A DNA stretch of 63,175 bases, filler included, from Nemertoderma westbladi (Eukaryota > Animalia > Xenacoelomorpha), in NCBI GenBank assembly GCA_032718475.1. It is 4 parts of 4 records of this genome, joined end to end, with 100 filler letters (N's around TTAATTAATTAA, not from the genome) between each part and the next. Parts side by side here need not be neighbours in the genome. Positions count along the whole stretch, not along the records: positions 17,925 to 48,641 come from JAUCBJ010006409.1; positions 48,742 to 56,987 come from JAUCBJ010004564.1; 2 more parts are not named here. The stretch is one strand, 5' to 3'. This document shows positions 36,016 to 49,928 of this stretch, one piece after another. Position 1 is the first letter of the stretch. Each line of letters begins with the position of its first letter. A program made the translations under genes and the position numbers. The notes under the pieces are model-generated. The model saw only the letters and a list, made by a program, of their open reading frames with translations. It did no database searches and was not told the DNA's origin.

Positions 36016-37278
36016 AATCTGTCATGTCAAAAAACATTCAGTGTTCTTAATTTTTAACTTTTAATGAATCGCATTCAATTATATTTTATCATTGCCTCTT
36101 TGAAAATGAGACAATCCGCAAGGCGCATAAGATGATTGCTAACCATATTTGTTCTACGTACCCTAATCACTGATACATACGCGGTAGATTGATGGCTACT
36201 TCACAAATAAACCTTTCATTGGAGTAACCCCCGTAGGGAATTTCTCCCCTTTGTCGCAGTATTTTTCGTAAGGAAGGTTCACGAACCACTTTAGATGAAG
36301 CTAGAAGAAGTAGTTTCCCAGTTTAATTAATTTCCCTTGTTCGCAGGGATAACAACACGTTATCTCCGTGGAAGCTCCGCTTATACATCAGTCTGAGGAA
36401 TTCTGCCCAAGAGATGTCGAGTCGTAAGCTTAATTAACGGCATAGAAAGGTTAAAAGGGAGGAATAAGCAGAGGGTTAACTAATGGTAGTTAATTCCGGG
36501 TTGTTGTTGTGCGAGTGATTTGTGGGCGGGTTTATATCAATGGTTGGTGGGTTGAGTGGTTAGCTGGAGGAAGCTTATCTCGACCAATGCCTACAGCCTT
36601 CCCGGATTGGGTTTCTTCAGTGGCCGTAAATGGCGGTGGATTTTATTGGCCGGAGCGGGAATCATGTAAGGATTCGAGATGGGAGGAATACAGGGGCAGC
36701 AACCGCTGACGTATTTAGTAGAAACTCGCATCGTTAACTCAGCGAAAACAACTTGTTGGCTTTTGTTTGACGCAGCGGAATTCTAAGTTGATTATTTTAT
36801 TTACTAGCTAACTTCTTTATCTATGAGAAAATTGTTGTTGTCTAACGGATATGAAATAAATTTGTTTAATAAATTTAAAGTTTCTATTATTTATTTTATG
36901 TATTGAAATAGTATTTACAAAGTAAGGGAGCCTCTATTTTCTTACTGACTACTCGTCTATGTCTGGCACTTACTGTAGCTCATAAAAAGGGTCTAATATC
37001 ACATATATTTTAGTTATTGTATTAAAAGTGTTGTATATATAGTTAGTTACTTATTTCGCTAAATATAAACTTAGGAGTCTATTTACGTATTGTTGCAGCC
37101 TCCACCACTTGTCGGTTAATTAAATTATGGTTTTTAAGTTTAATAACTGTTACATTTGAATAGAAGCTAATATTATTAGAGAATAATAAATATTACTAAT
37201 TACAACTTGTTACGGTTTGTTGTTATGGCAGTATGATATTTTGATTGATGATATATCGGTTACTAAGGGTTGGTTAGG

Positions 37279-37443
37279 ATGCTATCCAATAGAAACTATA
37301 ACACAGGTCCATTGGTGACGTCATGTTGCTACTGTTGTGGACTACGAGTTGGTTCATTTTGTATTGGGTTGCTATGCATTATTGGTTATTGTATAGAAGG
37401 ATACGATAGAATTTCATCGCTGAAAATCTTATCGGATTATAAG
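37279..37443 (+). CDS. Exon 1 of a four-TM LAPTM/DUF4728-like membrane protein
   Basis: ATG at 37279; SCCYCCGLRVGSFCIG plus TM1; phase-0 donor aag|gtatat. Confidence 0.78.
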
Positions 37444-38637
37444 GTATATTTGGTTGATTAAAAAATTATATATAAAATCAATAAAAACTTCATGGTAATA
37501 TTATATATGATTTTTAAATGATTTTGAATATAATGATCTACAGATTTTCAATTCTTCGCCAACAACATATAGATGGTATTTATAGGCATAAAGTTTCACA
37601 TTACACGTTACATAAAGGTTACACGTTACACGTTACATAAAGGTTACACGTTACACGTTACATAAAGGTATATTTTTATAAATTTTAAGTAGCTAAAATA
37701 ATTAATAAGATATAAAACAATTTTACTCCAGTTTTTGACGAATATTAATGGAAAATTCATCAGTAATTTCTATTGAAAATAATGAAAATTAATAATAACT
37801 AAATTATAAGATTGTTGACATATAACTAATCTAATTAATTTATAAATTAACTAACTTAATTAATTAACATAACATAGATCACCATTTCACAGTTCAAAAT
37901 GTTCCCGTTTTAAAACAAAATAACATAACGTTAATAACATCCGCGTCAGTTATTGTCACCCCAGCACCCTTGCATTATCTGCTACAATAAGGGTTTTTAT
38001 GTTAGGTGATTTGTACCCAATAATGACGGTTGCCAACAACCGACAGTCAAGACCAGTTCCAGCGTAGATATAACCAGCACATAGGGGAGCACGCGAGAAA
38101 ATCAATACCATTCGATTTATTGATCAGTCAACCCGCTTTTACTGGGGGCAATGTTGTTAAATTTTATCATTGAAGCATTTTGAATAGCAGACGATCATAA
38201 AGAGAGACTATGCGGTCACCTAAAATGGACCACATTTGTGATAACAATATATATAATTACATTATTATAAATACTAATAATATATTTTTTTATGAAACCC
38301 ACCTTCTAACATACTATTACTATGGATAAAATAATTGATGAAAATACAATAACCTAAATAATACAATGATTAGGTCTAATACTGAGATACTGAGTGGCTA
38401 TGTCTCGGCTTCGCAGACCAGGCCGGCTACATCGCCCCCAGATCTCGCCCACAGGGCCGCGAACTGCAGACACCGCCTGTTTCCTCCCAAACCATTCCGA
38501 AGATGCCTGGGTGTTTGGCGAGGAGAGCCACAGTGAGGTGCTTGATCAGTGATAGGAGGGTTGCGGAACCAGACCACATTAGTTGTACCGACCAGGCAGG
38601 GGGGTGGAGGACATCCGTTGGTCCTCGCAGACGGTAC

Positions 38638-39320
38638 CTCCTTCAGAATATATATTTACCAATGATATCTACTAGGAATATATCTTTACTAGTGATATCC
38701 ACGTCAGAATTTATATTGTCAAGTTATACCTACTTCAGAATATATATTAACTAGAGATACCCACTTTAGAATTTATATTTACTAGTGATATCTACTTTAG
38801 AATATATATTTTCTAATGATATCTACTGCAGAATATATACTTTCTAGTGATTGTGGTTTCTACTTCAGAATATTTCATAGTGATACCTACTTCAGAATAT
38901 ATATTTACTAGTGATACCCACTTTAGAATATATATTTACTAGTGATACCCACTTTAGAATTTATATTTACTAGTGATATCTACTTTAGAATATATATTTT
39001 CTAATGATACCTACTGCAGAATATATACTTTCTAGTGATTGTGGTTTCTACTTCAGAATATTTTCTAGTGATACCTACTTCAGTATAATATTTTCTAGTG
39101 ATGCCCACTTTAGAATTTATATTTACTAGTGATATCTACTTTAGAATATATATTTTCTAATGATACCTACTGCAGAATATATACTTTCTAGTGATTGTGG
39201 TTTCTACTTCAGAATATTTTCTAGTGATACCTACTTTAGTATAATATCAACTAGTGATACCTACTTCAGTATAATATTTTCTAGTGGTACCAACATAAGA
39301 ATTCATATTTTCTAATGATG
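38638..39320. repeat. Degenerate ~29-bp tandem array with higher-order duplication (intronic)
   Basis: tacttcagaatatatatttactagtgata variants; marker gattgtggtttctac recurs three times. Confidence 0.88.
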
Positions 39321-40275
39321 TCTGCTTCCTAAGTTATCTGAGGAAGTCACAAAGCCAGTAGAATTAAATTAGAGTAACAATTATCACATCACAGAATAAT
39401 TTAATGTTTTGTTTACTAAAATTGAGTTATGAATAATGAGCTCATAAAGAGGTCATGCTTCAACAACCCGAGTAACAATCACCTAGAATTAGCTACGATA
39501 AGCGTTATTATTATTTCAAGGGTTATAGGTTATTCAATTGAACTATTCATTCGTAACCCTTACAGCTAAGAGGACACAGAAACCAACAAGCGTCTCAGTC
39601 ATGTGTGAAAAGTATGCCGAGTAAATTTGCCCCAAAATGGGTTGCCAGTATGTGGCCCGACATTTTAGGCTTCAGTAGATTTCATTCATCTGACCGAGGA
39701 ATTGCTGATGGGTTTATAGGACTGGAGGAGTCGTCTCTCAGGGAGTAATTGCTTCATTATCTCTGCGAACAATCGCTGCCTGTGTTGGATTTAGAGTTAT
39801 GGCTGGGAATAATGGATGCCGCTTTCCCCCTTTCGATGTTGCTGCTCTCTACATAACAGGGGTCCCCTTATCACCCTATCTTTCCGTGTGCACATTTTTT
39901 CTGCCTCTAATAACTGTAGCGGTTAATGGACATTGCACAAATGCACAGCACACACAAAGACTTTGTCATAGGGTCAAAGTTAGTTCCAACTCCATAAATT
40001 ATTATTCTTTACCAATAATGTGGATGGCTTTGGTAGAAATAGGCTCAATAACATTTGTACTTTAAAGAGATTTCGCTAGTAATTTAAATTAAGTGAGCGT
40101 AATAATAAAAATAATAATATGTGTTCAAGTATATTTCGTTAAGTGTAATTTTGACATTAGACATTGAGATTAGGGTTAAAATAAGTGTTTCGTAAAGCAT
40201 AAAGTACTGCATAAATCATTATATGAAATAAATCACCCACTGACTGGTTCATTATTCGACGATATATATATAACA

Positions 40276-40765
40276 CCGTATAACAGATTATTATAGCCCG
40301 GGCGTTTAAGTTTATAAATTGCCAATTGGGGAATGGGGAGGCGTTTATTCAAGGGGGGCGTTTAAGTTCAAATTGTGTGGTTCTAGTTGGGGCGTTTATG
40401 TGTATGTTCTAGATTTTCAGCATTTTGAATCTAAGTACCCTAAAAGAATGTTGTTAAATTCAAGAAAACAAGTTAAACAATTGAAATAATTCAAATAAAA
40501 CCAGGATTATCTTTATTACAATGCAGCCTATTACAGCGGTACAACACCCTACTACATTTACCTTCAGTCTTAACAATCAGTTAACTCTCAACATGTTAAC
40601 GCCCCACATTGTAATATTATTAAACGTCGGGGCGTTTGTTCGGGGAAGGCGTTTAAGTTGCTAATTTCATGGGGGGGGGGGGGGGGGGGGGGGTCGCTAT
40701 AAATCGAAGTGGCGTTTTTTCGAGGGCGCGTTTCTTCGAGGTGTGCTCTTATTCGAGTAAATAAG
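40276..40765. mobile_element. Decayed pogo/Tc1-like MITE
   Basis: ccgta start, repeated ggcgttta motifs, cttattcgagtaaata end. Confidence 0.45.
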
Positions 40766-41004
40766 TTAGTTATGTTTTTCATACTTACCATATTGTGCAA
40801 GTTATCATGCATGATACCAATATTAATAATCGCAGTAAGGTTTGTAATAATTTATTTAAAGAGATATATAGCTATTAGCTCAGTACGTTGAATTTTCTTC
40901 ACTAAATTCTAACATTTCATTCTCATTTGCAACCACAGAAAAATGAACAGGAAGATGGAATTTTACGCCGTGGTAGTGATCTAAACCAGAATTAAACTCA
41001 TTTG

Positions 41005-41430
41005 GTTTACATTGTGGTTCGAATTTTTAGAGCAGCAATAGAGCCAGTACATTACTCCTGCTATATGGGAGTCCATGCAGGGTTCTAACTCCTGAGGAAA
41101 CAAAATCTCTGGATGGCACTTATACAAGATTGACTCAACGTTGGAGGTATCTCATGGTCCCCGTAAGCTTGACACTAGAACAAAGCCGCCTCTCCGCTTT
41201 GCAATACATTGTTTTCGCCGTGAGGACCAGGCTGTGCACAATCTTGTGCTTTAGCAGCCCAATGGAGAAAATAAGCATGGAGGACAGCCAATGACTTTCT
41301 TGAGACGCATCTTAAAGGACACTGGCCTTGAAGATGCGGATAATCATGTGAAAGTCATGGGGGATAGGGAGTTGTGGCGCCGCAACTTCGTTGATAAACC
41401 GGCATAGCATTCTTGATGCACGCTGCATTG
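41005..41430 (+). mobile_element. Old RTE family 1 3' fragment (intronic)
   Basis: gggagtccatg, aaatctctggatggcac, ggacagccaatgactttcttgagacgcatctt and gataaaccggcatagcattctt match the family-1 3' end. Confidence 0.88.
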
Positions 41431-42082
41431 GGCTTGCCAATTACATGGTGGTGCACAAAGTTTTTGTTAAGCTGGCATAGCAACTCAATGTGCAGTTGAA
41501 ATGCAGCAGGCCGACTATAGATAGATAGTAACTCATTTGATGGTGGTAGGTTTAACACCTGTTTCACAACAAATATATATTGCTTGAAGTAGGGAGAGTA
41601 TAGTGTGTTAACACAATTACTATATTATTAATTGTTGCAATACTTTTTTTAAAACAATCTATTTACTAATATTGTGTAATAACTATTTACATTCTTGTGT
41701 GTAAAGTAGCACTTTACAGTGCGATGATCCGAGTGGCTTTGTTACACGAACGAACGTTAGTGAGTGAGTGAAAATAAAGCCACGAGGATCAGAACACTGT
41801 AAAGTACTTTGCAACAAGTATGTATGTACGTTTATTCAAAATTGTAACATTACGAAATGATTGTTCATATACATTATAAGTGATAGAAACTGCACAAATT
41901 ATATTAGTTGCTGTATAAATAAATGTAAAAATTACATAAATTATGTTATAAATAAGTTAGCTTATATTTATGGTGGCGTTTGGTGCCATGTTAATAATTT
42001 AGCTACTGGTTATTAATAGATATACCCCGCCTACCGGTAGGTAATGCAGTAGACCTATCTGGCTGTCAGGCAATTTTCCACC

Positions 42083-42173
42083 TATTGTTTACGTGGTAAC
42101 CAATGACGGCGTTAAGTAATGTCCCCTTAGTGGACATTACTTAACGCCGTCATTGGTTACCACGTTAACAATA
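42083..42173. repeat. Near-perfect 42-bp inverted repeat with 7-nt loop
   Basis: tattgtttacgtggtaaccaatgacggcgttaagtaatgtcc-ccttagt-ggacattacttaacgccgtcattggttaccacgttaacaata; one mismatch. Confidence 0.95.
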
Positions 42174-42526
42174 AAACCAAATACAATACTAAATGTACAT
42201 GCCAATACAATGATGCAATGTCCTCAAATGTTGTAAAGTGCTAAATATAACAACTCGCTGATAATACTAACGGCGTTGAGTACTGGTAACCACCTATGTA
42301 GCTTCTGCTGTCTGCAGCCTACAGTCACACTGAAAGGATACTGTTACTTTATTTCACGCCGTGTTATATAGCATCCCATAGCCCATCATTGAGTTATTTC
42401 ATGCCGACTTGAAAATAAAATATAATTGTTCGACATAAAAGCTAGTTTAATTAGTGATTAACTCAACTTTATAAGTTAATATAATTATATGGAATTATTA
42501 AATTAATTTCATTTTTTTCTTAACAG

Positions 42527-42785
42527 GTTATAGTAAAACAAGCAAGACATGATAGTGATTTATTGAAGGTCGTGTATAAGAGCAACGGAATTACTGATAT
42601 AAACTTGGACATTAATGATGATGTTGAAAGGTTTCTCAAAGACACTGAGAGCGAACTCAATGGGGGTATGGTTGTCTGCGCTCTGTGCGTGATGACCTAT
42701 ATGGCAGTGGTTTCCTGTTCAATATTTCTAATGGTAGGATGCGTCATCGAAAAAATCAAGTACATCAAAACATGGATACCTACAG
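42527..42785 (+). CDS. Exon 2 of the four-TM protein
   Basis: Acceptor tttttttcttaacag; open in phase 0; TM2 MVVCALCVMTYMAVVSCSIFLMVGCV; phase-1 donor g|gtaagt. Confidence 0.85.
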
Positions 42786-43229
42786 GTAAGTAGCTTAGTT
42801 CTCCGTAATGCACAACATTTGAGAAATATATGGAGTGACTACTTATAACGTTCTATCTTTTATACATGAAAATTCATAGCATATACCAAAAATAGTCTGG
42901 TAGAAGTAGAATTCGACCTGGAAAAAATTGGGATACTGCTATAATTTACCATAGCAACAGTGACTTAGTCCATAGAACCCGCTAATATCGTTATATCCAT
43001 TGAGTAGGACCATAACATACCTCCACTACGAGTACAGGAAATTATTTAATGAAAGCAATATCAAGTCGAATTTACCATAGCAACAGCAAGTTTCTCCCTT
43101 GCTACCGCCCAAGTTATTTTTAAGCTATTATTTTTATGTAGGTTATTTTTATATAGTACATTACATAATGTTTATATATGTTTTGAGAAGCCGGCTCACT
43201 CGAAGGACAGTTTTATATTGGTCAAAGCG

Positions 43230-43465
43230 TACTATTAGGATCGGCATGCTGCATTGCAGCTGCATTATATATATCATATATATATTTAGAATGCTGTGCC
43301 GGCTTAACGACAAAATTCCGCCGTCATAACCATGACGGCATGATTGGTATCACCATGACAGTTGCTTAATTGAACAAATCTTCTAGTCCCTATGGTACTT
43401 GTAGGATAGCCATTCAATACTGCGGCACATAACGCCTTACGTATCCGAAGGTCTTCTTCTGAAAT
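43230..43465 (-). mobile_element. RTE family 1 3'-end remnant
   Basis: taggatcggcatgctgcattgcagctgcatt and agaatgctgtgccggctt are the same as 15858-15920; EDLRIRK peptide nearby. Confidence 0.8.
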
Positions 43466-46400
43466 GTAATTTAAATTTAACTCCCAGTCAAATACATTCA
43501 ACAAATAATTTTACATATCATCAGCAAACAAAAATATTACAACTAAAATGTTGTGAAGCAATCGGATGAACTGTCCTAGGGTCGATTTTTTAATGACAAA
43601 TTACACAAATGATGCATCATTACACATTATATTTCTATTACTAAAATCACAAAAATACATTTCTATATACTCCCATTTTAATGTTCAGTGAAAAACCGGA
43701 AGATATAATAATATGCCTCTGACTATATTTAGCATTCATGTGGTACCAATGGTATTCGAACATCTAGAACATCACCAATCTTTGTTCTATCCCGCCTTGG
43801 ATGCGCGCAAATATCAAAGTCAACCAGCCGCCTGCCTGTCTTTGAAAAATTCCGAAAATAATTATCTTACTAATACAGATAATGATGGCCATACAATTTT
43901 TTGAACTCATTATTGTTGGTGTAATTTATGGAGGTTAGCTCATATATGTCTGTCTCTTTTCTAACAGTCTGTATGACAATATTAAGAAATTGTTGAAACT
44001 ACATAATTTAAAGTAGGAGCACTAGATAATAATCAATTAGAAACGTCGGCTTAGTTTGAGGTGATCATCAGAAAATACTCCGCAAAGCCACTTTGAAGTG
44101 CCACTGTGAAGAGACTTCGTGTTATCGAAAAACAATTTTATTAATTGGAGTTCTAACGCACAACACAATGTAATTAATTCTGTATTCTACACTACATCAG
44201 TGGATAAAGTTCCAATGTAAATAATTCAACATTATTCATTCAATTTAGTTTAATTCTCATTCATAAGAGCTTCTTGCTGCTGCCGTTCCAGTAGTAAGGC
44301 GTTCTCTTCTACCAGTTACACCTCGGTCACTAGAATTATTAATCAATGTGATAGTGAGTGAAGGTCGATGATAATGCGCTGAGGCGGTGAGGCGTGGAGG
44401 TACAATTCTCAGAAGGTTTACTGTTCAGATGAAATTTATAATTATTATATTACCTTAATTTAATTTTAATGATAATATTATTTGTGATATAACAATACTA
44501 TACTGAACAGGTACATGGTACAGTCTCTACACCCGGGTTAATTGTATGGTACAGTGTACACAGGTTAATTGCCTTTCGCATTGATCAGACGTTTTAAATA
44601 AATTTACATTGCTTTGCACACGTTATACACTTCCTTCCGAAAAAACCTCCATAAACTTGAATCATTTTTATAACGTAACATCCTTACTGATATAATCAAG
44701 GAGTTATTTTAATTCAGTATTCTAGAATACAGACTGTATGATGATGGACGTCTTCTGTGCGAGAAAGTTGGAACACTATTGTAAACAAACATTTCACTGG
44801 TTAGGATACCTATGTAATTTACTGAAAATCCTATGATATGGTCTTTGAATTGACTTAATATAATTTACACTATATAGGACTACCTTATTGCAACCTTAAA
44901 TACACGCAAAACGAAATAATATATTTTTAACCTCAACTGAACAATTACCCTATTTCCTAACTAGACTGTTATACCTCTTCGATTCAAACTACGTGTTTTG
45001 TGTTCGATATTCGACTTATCATCGATAATTATATTTATAATATGACCTAAATAAGTAGCACTACTGTATAAATTACTGAGCACCATTTAGAGTAAGTAAG
45101 ACGACCTTTACTGACTTTTACAAGAAAACTGATATTTCTATAACAAAAATCTATTAAACTTTTACTCAGTTTTCGGTGACTAGAAATTTAAAAAGATCAT
45201 AAGACCACATTGTTCATTTCCTTTGCCTAACGCCCAATATATGGCTGCCACGCCCAAGATCTATTTGTAAGTGAGAAGGACGATACTGTTTGAATACGAT
45301 ACTGAAAATGTTTGTATAATTCTAATCACTCTAGTCCAGCATTAAATTGCTAAATACTTCTACTCCAACACATTCCGCTGAACAAAACCATCGAAACATG
45401 AAATAGATCCTGAGGGTTGTGATATGCATCGAATGGAGTAATCTGAAACGATTTTTGGTTCAGAGCCTGGATATTGTACGCAAGTTGTTGTAATACGGTA
45501 ATTTTGGATAATTGGCAACCGAACACTGTGTAATAGGATGGATAATCACCTTTAAAATCTGAGATGTAAAGTTTGCCACGGATGTGTCACGTATCGCAAA
45601 TTCATATTGTAACTCATTTCACATTCCGCCTTGGCAGCATATTGTTCCGAGATAATAATAGTATCTTGCTATACTTATTGTAGATGATTACAATCAACTC
45701 AAAGTCATATTTATCGAGTATTACTGTTAGTAATACTCGAATTATTAACAAATTTTTTTATTTAATTTATTTAATTTAATTTTGATTGGCCACTTTTTGA
45801 TATTTCTTTATTTATAAGTAAAAATATGTTCTTTGCCTAAATAAACCCACCCCTCGTTAGGTTATTTGTAACATATTTGTATTAATAATGGTAAAAGTTC
45901 GAAAAATATGTTGTTTTGGAAAATATCATAGAATAAAATCTTATCTTAAGCGGGTTTCGTTATATGGAATAAATTGATATTCGAAAAAATCCTTTATAGT
46001 AGAAGAGTTCCGTTTTTTTCGCGCCAAAATTTTTTGCTCATTTTCACATTAATGTATTTCACTGTAAAGTGTTCTTTGTTTTATTTTACGCTGTACCTGT
46101 TTATTTAGTACGGGAAGTATAGTTATGAGATACCCGCACCGGAAATAAGTCGTTAGACTTTGTGTGTAATCCCAGGCATAACGGCCGAAAAAATTAACTT
46201 AATTGTTTTTTCAATTTTATATCACGAATAAATTTCTATATTAACTTTATGTATGTTTGTTTATTACTTGGAGCTACTGAGCTACCTATGTATGCCGCAC
46301 TCACTAAACATACACTAAATCTGAAATATGTATAATTACATAAACTAGTTTATCGAAGGCCGCAACAACATCTGGTTTTTAGAGTAAAATCAATGTCCTA

Positions 46401-46922
46401 GTGGGGAGAGAATAAAGCTGATGTATATTGCAATGTTGGATTTATGTTTGGGTTTTACTTACCGATTGTGCTACACTGCAGAACCAACCGACCTAGACGC
46501 TTAACCATACAGAACAGGCCATTGTCAGCGCTAAACATTGAGCGAATCGGCGCATTTAAATAATTAATTACTGCCAATAATAACAATTTAAATTAGCTAT
46601 TGTCCCAACAGCTGCCTGCTTAATATTATTGACCTGTCGTCAGGGTTTCAAAGGGTCCACGTTTAATTGCTCCCTTTAATTTTAACGATCTCGGGAAAAT
46701 ATTTAATTATCAAATATATATATATCATTTAATGGCAATTTTCAACGTCAGTTCATGTAACCAAAGGTAGGCCGCGTAGGTATTAGTTACTTTTCTTTTA
46801 CACCTTCGCAGGAGGGTGAGGGGACTCTTCAAAATTTGAAATCGGAAATGTTGTGGACAGTAGTGGTCGATGAGAAAATGGACGCCTGACGTTTATTTTA
46901 TTAAATATAATAATAGAGGGGG

Positions 46923-47166
46923 CAGATAGGGGAGGGGGGGGGGGGGGGGGGGACTGGACGCAATAAAAATTCATCCCTCTCCAGGGGTAATTCGACGCAA
47001 ATACAGTAACATCTGATTATTCTCAAAAATAAAACTGCAACCTGTTCTATTATGTTTAGTTTATTGTTTTGGTTAAAATAACGTGCCACTGTAACCTGCA
47101 CCTTTCCTTAAATTGAGAATTTAACATTGAGGGGGATATTAATTCGCCAAGGCGGGATTTGCGTCC

Positions 47167-47219
<53 letters not shown>

Positions 47220-47230
47220 TCCCGTCTCAC
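46923..47230 (-). mobile_element. Second copy of the poly-G/poly-C MITE, just upstream of exon 3
   Basis: Reverse complement aligns along its length with 25785-26051. Confidence 0.88.
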
Positions 47231-47303
47231 AGGATGACATACATACCTACTGTACAGTATCTTTTAATAATATAATATTAGGTTATTTGATAATTTGTTG
47301 CAG

Positions 47304-47947
47304 TTGTGATGGGAATGTTGCTAAACGGTACCCTCACGTTGCTACTGGTTACGCGGCTTCGCAACGCCTATGCAAGATCCCACCCGTCCCTCGATACAAA
47401 AACTACGAGCTTTCTGGTGCTAGCGATAATAGTGGTCTCCCTGGAGGTCGCCATACACGTCTACATGGTGGTCTGTGTCTACAGCTACAGACAGGACTTA
47501 AAACATAGAAGCGAACGCGTTATGGGATGCGCGGAGTGGGTTGGGGGTGAGTCCCCGGCCACCAGTAAGAACTTACACACTGCCGTGTTTACGGAGAACC
47601 ACGTCGTACATCAGCCGTTGTACGCGGCGGTATCCCCGGTGCCGACACGCGGCGAGGAAACCCCCGTCGCCAATAACTTCCGGAGTCTCACTAGAGCGGT
47701 CGTCGCCGCGAGTAAACTGAGAGAGCGCGAGTCCCAGTTACCGCAAGGTAAGTCTCAAGAGGCCGTACAGAGTAACTCGGAGAAACTCTCCCGTCGGTGC
47801 AACAGTTTCACGAGGGTAAACGACTACGGGAGGAGTCTCGAGTGTCTGCATCCCAAGCGAGGGCTCCCACAGTTCGGACAACAGTTATCCTTCGACGATT
47901 CCTACCTCGCCACAGACCCAATGCGCCCGTACACTCATCAAGTGTGA
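47304..47947 (+). CDS. Exon 3 (terminal) of the four-TM protein: TM3, TM4 and a long cytoplasmic tail
   Basis: Acceptor tttgttgcag is phase-compatible with exon 2; VYMVVCVYSYRQDL motif; TGA at 47945-47947; AATAAA near 48117. Confidence 0.85.
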
Positions 47948-48641
47948 CCCACCGAATAGGTATATTTTATAGGACGTTAATGTTTTTATTGAAACTTAGT
48001 CTGCCCTTTGTTATACTCTGATACTTACGCTGATGATTTAGATTCTGTGTGGTGTGTTTTATGTTGTTTTAGAATTATCCCTTTACAAATATTTATATTT
48101 ATTGTCTCAGTATAGAAATAAATAATAGATCGAATTAATAAACCTCCTAATATATTTTAATTAGCTGTCGAAAAATGAATTACCATCATTAACGTATCAC
48201 GAAATTTTCGAATTGTATTATTTATTTTGATGTTTAGATGATGTATGGATTTACTGTACATATGTAGATACAATTTAGGCCATTATGTATCTAGAGTACA
48301 GTAAGTAGGAAGGCCTTCTGTACAATGCAGTATATCGTGTCCTTCTCACTGACTTTATGGACGTCAAGATAGGCCTACATAATGATTTTTAATATTATAA
48401 AATCTGGATAATAATTATTTGTTACATGGTAAAAAAAGTATAACTTTTTTTCACTATTTCTGAGGCATTACATTCATCTAGCGCAAGCGAGGTTTTGATG
48501 GTTGAGAGAATACTGGAAAAAATGTTCTACTTTTTTTCCCATGTAATACGTAATTTTTCGTTACCCAATTATTTAATAAAATATAACGGTATAGGCCTAG
48601 TTACTTACTAAATAAATTGAACTGTAGAATTTTACTATGTT

Positions 48642-48741
48642 NNNNNNNNNNNNNNNNNNNNNNNNNNNNNNNNNNNNNNNNNNNNTTAATTAATTAANNN
48701 NNNNNNNNNNNNNNNNNNNNNNNNNNNNNNNNNNNNNNNNN
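48642..48741. other. Artificial contig linker
   Basis: N44-TTAATTAATTAA-N44. Confidence 0.98.
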
Positions 48742-49928
48742 AGTTAACTCAATGCTATATAGCAGATAGTTAACTCAATGCTATATAGCAGATAGTTAAC
48801 TCAATGCTATATAGCAGATAGTTAACTCAATGCTATATAGCAGATAGTTAACTCAATGCTATATAGCAGATAGTTAACTCAATGCTATATAGCAGATAGT
48901 TAACTCAATGCTATATAGCAGATAGTTAACTCAATGCTATATAGCAGATAGTTAACTCAATGCTATATAGCAGATAGTTAACTCAATGCTATATAGCAGA
49001 TAGTTAACTCAATGCTATATAGCAGATAGTTAACTCAATGCTATATAGCAGATAGTTAACTCAATGCTATATAGCAGATAGTTAACTCAATGCTATATAG
49101 CAGATAGTTAACTCAATGCTATATAGCAGATAGTTAACTCAATGCTATATAGCAGATAGTTAACTCAATGCTATATAGCAGATAGTTAACTCAATGCTAT
49201 ATAGCAGATAGTTAACTCAATGCTATATAGCAGATAGTTAACTCAATGCTATATAGCAGATAGTTAACTCAATGCTATATAGCAGATAGTTAACTCAATG
49301 CTATATAGCAGATAGTTAACTCAATGCTATATAGCAGATAGTTAACTCAATGCTATATAGCAGATAGTTAACTCAATGCTATATAGCAGATAGTTAACTC
49401 AATGCTATATAGCAGATAGTTAACTCAATGCTATATAGCAGATAGTTAACTCAATGCTATATAGCAGATAGTTAACTCAATGCTATATAGCAGATAGTTA
49501 ACTCAATGCTATATAGCAGATAGTTAACTCAATGCTATATAGCAGATAGTTAACTCAATGCTATATAGCAGATAGTTAACTCAATGCTATATAGCAGATA
49601 GTTAACTCAATGCTATATAGCAGATAGTTAACTCAATGCTATATAGCAGATAGTTAACTCAATGCTATATAGCAGATAGTTAACTCAATGCTATATAGCA
49701 GATAGTTAACTCAATGCTATATAGCAGATAGTTAACTCAATGCTATATAGCAGATAGTTAACTCAATGCTATATAGCAGATAGTTAACTCAATGCTATAT
49801 AGCAGATAGTTAACTCAATGCTATATAGCAGATAGTTAACTCAATGCTATATAGCAGATAGTTAACTCAATGCTATATAGCAGATAGTTAACTCAATGCT
49901 ATATAGCAGATAGTTAACTCAATGCTAT
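48742..49928. repeat. Homogeneous 26-bp satellite, about 45 copies, truncated by the linker
   Basis: agttaactcaatgctatatagcagat tandem with no variants seen. Confidence 0.99.
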
